A DNA stretch of 64,000 bases, taken from positions 36,642,001 through 36,706,000 of the forward strand of contig CM060733.1 of NCBI GenBank assembly GCA_030704615.1, read 5' to 3'. Numbering within the stretch: the first letter of the stretch is position 1; every line of letters starts with the position of its first letter. The translations under genes and the position numbers were made by a program. Positions 12,541 through 23,372 of this stretch are shown one piece after another. Origin of the DNA: Takakia lepidozioides. Its lineage: Eukaryota > Plantae > Bryophyta. The notes beneath the pieces are model-generated. The model did not search any database, was not told where the DNA came from, and saw only the letters and a program-made list of their open reading frames with translations.

Positions 12541-14828
12541 CGTTTCTTTCTACATGATCCCAATGCGTGTATTGTCTAGGTCTTTCCACCACAAGCAAGG
12601 TGGATGTATCTTCCTCTTTGCAATGACACAGAAAATTGGAAGGAAACTAAACCTATTGAAGGCTCCATGTCTGCAAGCAAGTGCCTCACTCTGGACTTGA
12701 ACATTGCACAGTTTCCTAAGGTAACAGAATGAAGCATCAAAGTGAACAAAACGAATTCGCCGGTGGCGGGCCCCACTGGAAGGGAGCGAAACGAAGGGCC
12801 GTACTCGGCACATGCAACGAACGGTTGTTGGCCCCGTCGCGCTGTTCCTTTTGGTTTTGGTTTTTATCGAAGCTCGGTGCTTGCCATTAAATGCTCAGGT
12901 GCTTGTTTATCAAAACCAACCATAGAAAAATGGACCGAGCTCACGAACGGGAATGAGGCCTATTTGCTCAGCCATGGTACAAATGTAGGGTTTCATCCAA
13001 CATGAGACTTTCTATACAAAATTGCCCATCTAAATTAGTGCTTGACAACGTGCATTCGTATGCATTACCAGAGGCCACATAATTTGGGATTTTGTAGAAC
13101 CATTCTTATGTTCATGTCGTAATCATGTTAATCACTTTACTAAATTATACAACAAGGCAAGGCTTGCATGAATCCCATAACTTGTTTTTCAAATATTGGC
13201 TGCAGAAACAATTTATATAATACATTTTAACTAGACTTATATAAGGGTGGAGCCATTACGCGACTAGCCGCCCGTTTTGTTGGTCGTGCCCTCAAGCAGA
13301 AACTACACAATTGTTTCTCCCTGCTTGTCACGGGACCAATGTTGCTGGATGATTGTTTCTGGATGGAATACATTGATTTTGGTGTTGGATGAAATATATG
13401 CTTGGTGGAGTTTATTACTTTTTGCATCAAGTTTAAGGAAAAAAAAAAGGTAATAGCAGTCAGTCAGTCAGAGTAGTTACTGACACCAATCACATGGGCA
13501 TTTTATAATGATAATGATGTCTTTGGAAGGAAGCGTAAATGATGGTGTCTCTTGACCCAAAAGGGCTACTTTTATAGAATGAGTGATATGTGGGTAGCAG
13601 TAACATCATTAATCTTTGAACATTCACTGCTTAAGGTGTGTGTGCCTCATGGTGTAACGGGCGTCTTAATTTTTTTCCCCACAAGAATTTATAATAAAGT
13701 TTCTCAGGGCTGCAATCCCCATGTTCTGGGAAAAAAAAGAAAAGAAAAAAAGATCTTTGTATTCTTTGCATGAAAATAGAGTATGGAACATTGACTGGAC
13801 AGAACTGTATGGGTTAGACTGACCCGAAATTGACAGGACTGTAAGATTAACAGTGCGTTGGGGAAGAACCTTACCCTCAAATGATGAAGAGCAAGGGTAG
13901 CATGTACCATGCATTTGTTGTTATATATCATTATAACTATGGATCACCACACATTTTATCTGTTTATGCATCAATATATTTACACCCTTAATCTATAATA
14001 TATAAAAGTAGGTGAAAGGTGAGCCTCATTCGTTAGGAGACAATGGCGTAAATGTAGTTCATTATGTAAGAGGTCATCCACAAGGCCCATCTCAAAGGAT
14101 TTAGGGATTGTTGTCTTAAATTTGATTCAAACAAGTGTATCAGACGTCATGTCAAATTCAGGTGAATATAATGTTTTTTTAATTGAAAAACAAAATCAAC
14201 AACGAAGATAAATATGTTACAAAAATTTCCAACATCATGGGCATGGGTCTTTATGGTCTTTATGGTTCATTTCGCCAATTTTGAAGTTTGTTTCGCTGGC
14301 ATGCTATGACTCTCCCTGTCTACCTATGCTGGGTAGAGCCCACTACTGTTTCCTGTGGATATGCCACAGGAAATGCCCTCCTCAACAGTACATCATGGTG
14401 AGAGTCTCCAGCTGCACTCGCTGCCCTCGAGAAAGCTGGCAGGCCATGGCAATGAGCTTGTTTACTGGATAGGGCCAATTCTAGAAAATGGGAAACTTGA
14501 AAGATCACAGGCACTTTTATGTCAACCCTTAATTGCCCAAGCCCCTTTTTACCAAACTGGTAAATAAATTAACCTTGAGCACTGGTAGGGAAGGGCCATA
14601 TCTAGTAAAACACCCAACGTCCATGGAAATTGACCGCCAAAAAAGTCAGCTAAATGGCCCCCTAACTGTTTCAGAGAAATCCACCCTACAAATTGGGAGA
14701 TTTTTAACGATTTAGAGTAGGACAAAAAAGAGACCAGCAGTATACTCAGGAAATGGTGGATGAACTGAGTAACTCCACAGATCAATGCATGAAGCAAGAC
14801 ACTTGCGCCTTTCCAGAAAAACATCGTT

Positions 14829-17800
14829 TTACCAGTAATCTCCACAAGAACAAACCCCATCTTCAAAGTGGTGAAAGCGGTTAGCGTCCCGCACAACAAT
14901 TGCTCGGCCAACCATCTTTGAGATGAACTTGGTGGAGGAGTGGCAGTCACTGCACACCCGAAGATTCTTGATGAGACGGAGAGGCGTCCTAGGGGCTGTG
15001 CTGATCAGCCCAAAACCAATGGCCAGCTTCTCACTGTGGTGGCATAGAGAAAATTCCTTTTGCTCCTCCCCCACATCATACAATACAGACCGCGTGTCAG
15101 GCACATACCCTGCCTCCTTCATCTGCCCAGACAACATTCTCAGCTCAGCATGGATTTCCTTAATTTTAGGATGCAATTTGTCATCGACAACAAAGGTGTG
15201 CACCCTGTTGCCAACCTCAATGCAGCAGTGGCCTGTTTCCTTTCTAGCCCCTCTGACCTTCATCATTTTTCTCACCTTTGCACAATCATCCCACCTGCCA
15301 GCTGCGGCATAGAGGTTTGATAGCAACACATAAGTAGCGGCATCCTGTTCATCCCACTTGAGAATAGATGTTGCTGCACGTTCAGCCATCTCCACATTGC
15401 CATGGATTCTGCAGGCACCAAGCAAGGCCTTCCACACCACAGCATCTGCTTTGATAGGCATTTTCTTAATGAGGTCCTCTGCCTCATCCAATTGCCCCGC
15501 ACGTCCAAGAAGGTCCACCATGCAGCCAAAGTGCTTTACTGTTGGAGTGACACCATGATCACTCAGAGAATCAAAGTAGCGTCTTCCTTCATCCAGTAGG
15601 CCGACGTGGCTGCATGCAGAGAGAACACATAAAAAGGTGATACTGTCCGGCTTCAAGCCTTCCTTTTGCATTCCTTCAAATAGTTGCAGGGCATCCCTAT
15701 GACAACCATGCTGGGCATATCCTGCGATCATCCCATTCCAGGACACCACATCTCGTTTGACCATATTGTCGAATACTCCCTTGGCATCTTCCATGCTACC
15801 ACATTTGGCATACATGTCCACCAGGGCAGTGTTCAGAATGACATCTGGTACAAGTCCAGCTTTGACGATGTCACCATGGACCTCTTTGCCCTTTCCCAGG
15901 GCTGCCAGGCTCGCACACGCATTGCAACAGCAAACAAACGTGATGTGGTTGGGCTTCACCCCTTCCTGCATCATTAGCACATACGACTCCAAAGCCTCCA
16001 TTTCGCACCCCTGCTGTGCATATCCTGCGATCATCACATTCCACGACACCACATCTCGTTCAGCCATATTGTCGAACACTCCCTTCGCATCCTCAATACA
16101 CCCACATTTGGCATACATGTCCACGAGGGTATTGTTCAGAATGACATCTGGTACAATTCCAGCTTTGACGATGTCACCATGGACCTTTTTGCCCTTTTCC
16201 AGGGCTGCCAGGCTCGTACACGCATTGCAAACACAAACAAAGGTGATGTGGTCGGGCTTTACCCCTTCCCGCATCATTTGCTCATAGGTCTCCAAAGCAT
16301 CCATCCCACGCCCCTGCTGTGAATATCCTGAAATCATCACGCTCCATGACACCATATCCCGTTCAGCAATATTGTCAAACACTCCCTTTGCATCTTCCAT
16401 GCTACCACATTTGGCGTACATGTCGACCAGGGCAGTGCTCAGAACGACATCTGGTACAATTCCAGCTTCGACAATGTCACCATGGATCTCTTTGCCCTTT
16501 TCCAGGGCTGCCAGGCTTGCACAAGACTTGCAAACACAAACAAATGTGATGTGATCAGGCTTCACCCCTTCCCACATCATTTGCTCATACATCTCCAAAG
16601 CCTCCATCCCACACCCCTGCTGAGCATATCCTGCGATCATAGTGTTCCACGATACCACATTTCGTTCAGTCATATTGTGGAACACTCCTTTTGCATCATC
16701 AATACTCCCACATTTGGCATACATGTCCACCAGGGCAGTGTTCAGAATGACATCGGGCACAATTCCAGCTTTGACGATGTCACCATGGACCTCTTTGCCC
16801 TTTTCCAGGGCTGCCAGGCTTGCACACGCATTGCAGACACAAACAAATGTGATGTGGTTGGGCTTCACCCCTTCCCGCATCATTTGCTCATAGGTCTCCA
16901 AAGCCTCCATCCCGTGCCCCTGCTTTGCATATCCTGCGATCATCGCGTTCCATGACACAACATCTCGTTCAGCCATATGGTCGAACACTCCCTTTGCATC
17001 TTCAATGCTCCAGCATTTGGCATACATGTCCACCAGGGCAGTGTTCAGAACGACATCTGGTACAATTCCAGCTTTGACGATGTCACTGTGGACCTCTTTG
17101 CCCTTTTCCAGGGATGCCAAGCTTGCACATGCATTGCAAACGCAAACAAATGTGATGCGGTTTGGCTTCACCCCTTCCCACATCATTTGCTCATACGTCT
17201 CCAAAGCGTTCCTACCACGCCCATGCTTGGTAAATCCTGCCATCATTATGTTCCACGTGATCAAACATCGTTCAGGCATTCTGCTGAACACTTGGTGAGC
17301 ATCCACGATGCTCCCGCACTTAACATACATGTTGACAAGGGTGTTGTGTAGAAAAACGTTAGGCTTGAATGCACTTTGGATAATGTGGGCATGCACCTGC
17401 TTTCCAGTTTCCAGGCCCTTCATCTTGATGCACTTATGCAAGAGACAGACATAAGTATCTGAATCTGCTGAAATGCCTCCTTGGTTTAAAGTCTGTAGAG
17501 CCTCTCTCAGTCGCCCTGCCTCACACAGCATCCTCACATGCCCAGAAGTGCCAGAAGAGGCGTTGTGGACTCTCTCTCTTGGTATCATGGTCAACTGTGC
17601 TGCCGCCGCCGCCGCTGCTTGCAGTTGACCATCTACCCATGCAGGTTTCTTGTAGCTATTGATCCACAAGGAATCATAGGTGATTTTGTGCTTGAAACCT
17701 GGCTGCCTTGGATGAATCTGGACCCACACTCTATCCCTGCTCCTTCAGCTCTCCCTGCCTCTGCACAAATCATGTATAGATCCCCGCCTTACTGCTAGCA

Positions 17801-18749
17801 GCTGACCATGACAGCCTAGATGTGGTCTACCACACAGCCCAACCCTACATATTGTACAGTAGTTCCAATTCTCTCTGTAATCTAACAGGTACTCACCTTT
17901 CTGCCTCGACCGTCCCACCATTGACTGGGGTCAGAAAAATAGTCATTGGAAAGCTTCTCCGCGTTTCCGTCATCTGTATTTAGATACTTTCCTGCTGCCA
18001 CATTGGCAGTAACTTGGTCAAAATCACTCCAAATCACCAGAGAGCCACCCAACAAGCTTACTCGCAGAAACAACATGAAAATTTAGGGGCGCTCTGATAA
18101 GAGGGCAAAACAGGCTGAAATGTGTTGAAGAAAAAGGTGCCCTCACCACATTGTCCTTGACCTTGTGTCATGAAAGCAGCTAGCTTTTCTTTCACCCATG
18201 GAGGACTCAACCGACCATCAACCCAAAAGGACCTCTTGTGTCTGCTGCTTGTGTCTGTACTCAGGTGATCTCGGATTGGTCTGTGAGGAGAACCACCACG
18301 GTGCAGCTGAGCAGCCATACATTTCAAGTCGACCTCCTAAGAGCAAGCCGACCCTCCCAAGTACCTTGTAAACACCAGGAAAAACAACCAAATCATGGAA
18401 GAGCCAAATTTGCAGGATGGACCAACATCTTCACATCATACACTAAGAAAGCCACACCTTGCGATTGCAGTTGTCCCACCATTGTGAAGGATCTTTTCAA
18501 AGCTCGAGCCAGCTCTGCTCCATGCTCGACAGTAGACCTTTGTGCCATCCCTAAAGGCGCCATAGCCACTCTACGCAAGCGACTCCGTCCTCTGCGCATT
18601 GTCATGGGGGATGCCGCTTTCAGCTCCCCAGCCCAGCCCTTTAATCCGCTGCAAGACGCGAAGTCTCTCGCATGGCCGAAGCGAGAGGAAAGAGCCTTGC
18701 GTATGGAGTGAGAATGCGCGTGCAGGAGGACGCGGGAAGACGCTGCCAT
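14829..18749 (-). CDS. PLS-E-DYW PPR RNA-editing factor with N-terminal OSB-type PDF motif(s) (gene 1). Predicted exons: 18749-18458, 18280-18147, 18012-17897, 17717-14829
   Basis: Last exon has 20 PPR motifs, E1/E2 and DYW (HSEKLA, CSDCH, DYW*). Upstream GT-AG introns are phase-compatible from exon 2 onward. Exons 1-2 contain a TGA and frameshifts; exons 3-4 are intact. Confidence 0.92.
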
Positions 18750-20004
18750 CCCCGCCGTGAGAAAAAGAGGCAGAAAGATCTGGTGTGGTCCGTGTACTTG
18801 CAACCCCGATGAAAGAACGACTGCAACAGCAGGCTCCTCTACACATGAGAAACGATCATCCCGCTTCCAGTATCACGCATTGGTGTGACTTATCATTTGC
18901 TGCCGCATTTTTGACATCTCTTTCCTTCTGCCCTTCCCAAAGACACATCATCTCTCTCTCTCCTCCCGCCCCCAAAAGGTGCTCTCGTAGCCTTGCCACT
19001 GCACTCCCAGCACAGCAAAATTCCACCTCTGTGTCATCTCCTCGTAGCGAAGGATCTGTGCTTTCCTTCTCCTTTAAATCACGATCGTACTTAATGTTCA
19101 CCCCAGAGCTAGATCGAAAGTTCCAAAGATTACTGAAGTTGCTCCAGTCGAAAATGTCGAGGATACGGTTAGAATTAGGTTCCCATCTAAACAATTACTT
19201 ACAACGTGTACTATAGGAATTAGTGCAGAAGTCCTACCTCGGCCGTCAACCAAAGAGACAATGGAGCGTTATACATATTTGGTTGTAAGTGAGTCGCCAT
19301 CAGCAAAGAGCGGCAAGCAAAGATCTGTCAAAGGCCTGTTCAGATACAAACGTCCAACGTCCAAAGGCAAAAAATCGATTCTGGAAGGCATAGTGGGGAG
19401 TGCGCTGTCGTCTACGACGCATTGGACTGCACTGAACCTGCGCAGCTCCCGGGCACGTTGGAATGTGCCCATTTTCAGAAGAGCGGAAGACGGCAGTTGA
19501 ATACGAGAACCACGAGGCAGACATGTGGCGCCATCCAGTGGCTGCCCTAGCCTACATGGACGGGCCAGATATTGAGGAGGTTGGGATGTGAATAGCCAGC
19601 GCCGATCCTGGCTATGGTGGAGGAGCCCCCCCACTTCCACCTGCAAGCAGTTAGGTTTCGCCATATTAAGCCTACATCTTGAGCCTTGCATTAGCCAGCA
19701 AAGAATGAACAGGCATCATTCATTCATTGCTTGCCTGTACATTAGGCATCACCCTAATGTTTGCCTGCTGTGAACCATTGTTTGCCTGTACACCCTAATG
19801 AACGATGCCTACACACAATGTTCGTGAACTTATCTTTATATGTCTTTCCTGCGCAGTATACATTTTTGCTTTGTTAGAGTGGACTAATCTTGCTTCACAT
19901 AGTTTTGTTTCCTGGTTGGGTTTTGGTGCATCCCCTAGTAGTTTCTCCTCAAGTCCCAACAGGGTTTTTGCTGGACAGACTCATGTTTGACCGGCATAGT
20001 CGTC

Positions 20005-20090
20005 GATACATGGACGGCCGTGGGAAGGTGCCCAAGAAGGTGTTGCGATACTTTCCTCTCATACCTAGATTGAAACGGATGTTTTGAGTT
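20005..20090 (+). mobile_element. Short CACTA Tnp2 (Transposase_21-region) fragment
   Basis: KVPKKVLRYFPLIPRLKRMF is a characteristic En/Spm transposase segment. Confidence 0.65.
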
Positions 20091-20579
20091 AAGACGCTGG
20101 CAGATTCTGAGATTTTATCCAATCTAGGTGAACTTGACGGCAATGGATGTGCCATACGGTAGTCACCCAATGTAATTCAGGAAAAACAGCTCTGATCCTG
20201 ATACCCAAATCCTGGAAAAACATAAGTGAAATAAAAAGGCTGCCCAAATTCAACAGAAGATTCTGAAAATATTCTTTGATTGGGTGGGCTGCTGGTATCA
20301 GTTTACATTTAGCACTAGGGGGTACTGCACTAGGGGGTCCAGCGAGAGCAGACCCTGCTTACTGCAACTGCTCAACATCATTCTGATACGATCCGGACTA
20401 TATGTGTGGAGGTAAAAGTAGACCACTCCTAAAAGTAGCTCTAGAGAGGTAAAAGTACGTGCAAAAGTCTTGCACATGCCCTTTTTAGACAGCATGGACT
20501 GCTTATTTAAAGAAAGGGGGCTGCTTACGCCTTTCCACTAACTTAGTGGAAGGGAGAGAGTGCAGTACGCAGAGCGGCC

Positions 20580-21797
20580 ATGGACGCCTCTGTGTGGGGA
20601 AGATTGCCGGAAGATCTAGTGGATGTTGTTATGTCTTTCTTGCCCATATTCAGCTTACTCGGATTTCGCATTGTTTGCAAACGTTGGTGTACTTTGATCG
20701 ACTCTCCTTCATTCCGCAAGACCTCTGCAGAGATCGAAGGAGCATCTCCTCTCATGCAATCATCTGTAGGTTTTCTTTTGCATGATATATCTACTGAATT
20801 ATTAGGAGGATCAATAAAAGTACTTAAAGCACAATTCTGCGCGTACGATCTTGTTGGCGAACAGTGGCAGGCACGTAAGAGCCAGTTCAGCCTCAGGCCT
20901 CGCCTCCTCAGTCCACAAGGGGGTTCACGCCGCATTCTGCCATCGCCTAGAGTGAAATTTGGAGCAGGAGGCCTTATATGTGTGTTGTATTGTACGAACA
21001 AAGGGATGGGCATTGTGGTAAGCAACCCACTGACCGGAGGTTCCAAGAAATTGCCCAAGATGATCAATCGTTGGCGGTGGGGCGCAGCTGTAGTGGAGGT
21101 GTTCATAGATGCGAGGACAAAGACTTACAAGATTCTTATTGCGGGAAATTGTGAGTACGGGGGTGAAGACGAGAGATACCAGACCACAGAGATCTACGAT
21201 GCAGCATTGGGTTCATGGAAAGAAGGTGGAGTGTTCCTGCCTTATAAACCATATTACTCACGCACCGTTCTAGGGGATGCAAGGGGCGTTGAGTACAAAG
21301 GGGCTTTGTACTTTATATTTCGTATGAGGTGTAGACGTACTGTATCCTGGAGAAGCCCGTTGATTGCTTACAACATTGAACAAGATTTATGGAGCGAGAC
21401 CCCATATAACAACATCCTTCCCAATAGAGTCAATGAAGGTGATGACTTTGCACTTGTTAAGTGCGAGGGACGTTTACTCCTACAGACAAATTCTAAGGAT
21501 CAGCGCAACACCCAACACTGCGATATCCTTGAGCTGAATTTTTCAAGCAAAGAGTGGGTCCCCTTCTTAAGAGTTCCCTTTCCACTTCCATTCCTTTCTC
21601 GTCCATATGGAGTGGTATCAAGTAACCAAGTGGTGATAACAAGCCATGACAATCTTGGCGATGTGCGGGTACTGGTCTATGACATGGTTCAACACACCTC
21701 GCGATGGTTGCCCCCTTGTCCTCTTTATAAATTCGGGCAATTTCACGTACTTGGCTGTTCATTTCGGCCAGCCTTATTGCGGACACTAGTGTTGTAG
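20580..21797 (+). CDS. Intronless F-box protein (N-terminal F-box, C-terminal kelch/FBA-like propeller)
   Basis: WGRLPEDLVDVVMSFLP...IVCKRW F-box; GLICV...VSNPLTG..KKLP, TEIYD....W and YNIEQDLW motifs; intact 405 aa. Confidence 0.92.
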   Translation: MDASVWGRLPEDLVDVVMSFLPIFSLLGFRIVCKRWCTLIDSPSFRKTSAEIEGASPLMQSSVGFLLHDISTELLGGSIKVLKAQFCAYDLVGEQWQARKSQFSLRPRLLSPQGGSRRILPSPRVKFGAGGLICVLYCTNKGMGIVVSNPLTGGSKKLPKMINRWRWGAAVVEVFIDARTKTYKILIAGNCEYGGEDERYQTTEIYDAALGSWKEGGVFLPYKPYYSRTVLGDARGVEYKGALYFIFRMRCRRTVSWRSPLIAYNIEQDLWSETPYNNILPNRVNEGDDFALVKCEGRLLLQTNSKDQRNTQHCDILELNFSSKEWVPFLRVPFPLPFLSRPYGVVSSNQVVITSHDNLGDVRVLVYDMVQHTSRWLPPCPLYKFGQFHVLGCSFRPALLRTLVL

Positions 21798-22045
21798 AAT
21801 TTTTGCAACCCAGGATGGTGTATAAGTCAGATGCACCAGTTTTCCGTCACACTTTGAGGCACAATTCCAATATTTATGAAACTGGGTGGAAAGTCTGGGT
21901 TATCTGCTGTAACATGTGCTCCCAAAAAATGTTTGGAGAAACATTTCCACTTAGGAAATCTGGCAACAAACCTGACTTTTTGGCCCTGAAAAACTATAGA
22001 TTACTTATTATGTCCTCCACTATATTGTTCAAATAATCACGCCAC

Positions 22046-22570
22046 CTAAACGCTGGAGTGTACAATTTTATGATTTTTTTGAGGTAACGCAGGGAATTCA
22101 GAGTAAACCAAAGCACACCTACCTTTCCAGCTCTGCCACAACGAGTGAGCTCGCAAAGCAGGCCAGACTGGGCACTCGCTCCACAAGGAGTCGTTCCTGG
22201 TGTTAAGTAGAAGGAGGGTGGAGTCAGGAGGAGAGGAAAGAGATTTCCATGGAGAATATAAATGAAAGATCACTCCCCAGATTCGGGTTATTCACTTTTC
22301 TGTGGCTGAAGGTTCCGTTTTTTGGGCAGTTTTGCGACACCGGTACACTCTTAATGGCTTGACAAAAGTACATTGCAACCCCTACAGACACACACACACA
22401 CACAAGAGCCACAAGATATATTAGTGTGGTCATCAATCCGAGGAAGGAGACAGACATGTCATCACACTTTAAAACTGGACTATTTGGTGTATTATTTAGT
22501 ACCAAGAATGAAAGTGAATCTAGCATGTTGCAAGCACTTCTGGGTAAGCATTTCAAAAGCACATTCAGTC
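22046..22570 (-). mobile_element. LINE/L1 ORF2 remnant
   Basis: CPVWPALRAHSLWQSWKGRC resembles the L1 C-terminal region and the copy at ~56870-56935. Confidence 0.5.
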
Positions 22571-23372
22571 AATGATCTTTGACCGGCCATGTCTGAGGTA
22601 AACAAAAATGGAGAATCCAACAGTGCCACCAAACCTAAGTTTCAAAATTCAAAATGAAAGGTCTCAATATTCATATCCCCAATCTGCAGATCTGCCAATA
22701 TTTTCAGTAAAATGGAGAGTTACAATTTGCACCCTCCACACCAACGGTTGGGACCACGGTTCTCTCTTCATACATTGACTTCATGGTCACTCACATGATT
22801 AGCTACCAAGTGACCACATTGCCCGAGTGTGAGGCCCACACCCCTGCAGCATTGGGAAGACCCAGCCTTATGTGTGTAAGTCGGGGTGGTCTAATTGGGG
22901 GTTAAAAAGTTGCAGATAACAGATGAGAAAGTGATGGCTCTCCTGCGCATGGACACTGACCTACACCTTCACCAACAGTGAACAATGATGTAGGAATGAG
23001 AAGACATGGTAGTTAAACTGGCTATCCACAACAAGAGCAAAGAACTCACAAGGTAGAAGAGAAGCAGGTAGTTGTAACCAGTTATCGCACTGAAGCAACA
23101 CTGTCCACATAAAATGAGATACTCGTTGCTTCTTACCCAGTAATTCCAAGGAGATCACAGTACCCTGACAGTCATCACCATGTGTAAAACTAACTCCAGT
23201 GCTGGTCAATGATTGTCATTCTACCTTGTGACCATCCTCTCAAGGGACAGCTCCCAAAAACTTTAGTGATGGTTGTCCCATTGAATTTTGACTTCACTCT
23301 TTGCCAACAGAAATAAGGCCCGATGATGACAATTCTACCTTACATACTTCCTTTCTTGAATGTTTGCTTATT

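Noticed and set aside
14923-17351. Many plus-strand ORFs over the PPR genes (also 23484-25623)
   Set aside because: Antisense shadows of repetitive PPR coding sequence.
17718-17729. ORF-track start MWVQ for PPR gene 1
   Set aside because: It is a GTG inside the intron acceptor region; the exon begins at 17717.
18495-18502. In-frame TGA rescued by U-to-C editing
   Set aside because: Such editing is organellar; this is a nuclear gene, and nearby frameshifts would remain.
19269-19691. Possible RT fragment (GTFQRA...CVVDD)
   Set aside because: Similarity is too short and degenerate to support a call.
20500-20512. TATA-like TATTTAAA upstream of the F-box gene
   Set aside because: Plausible, but there is no transcription-start evidence.
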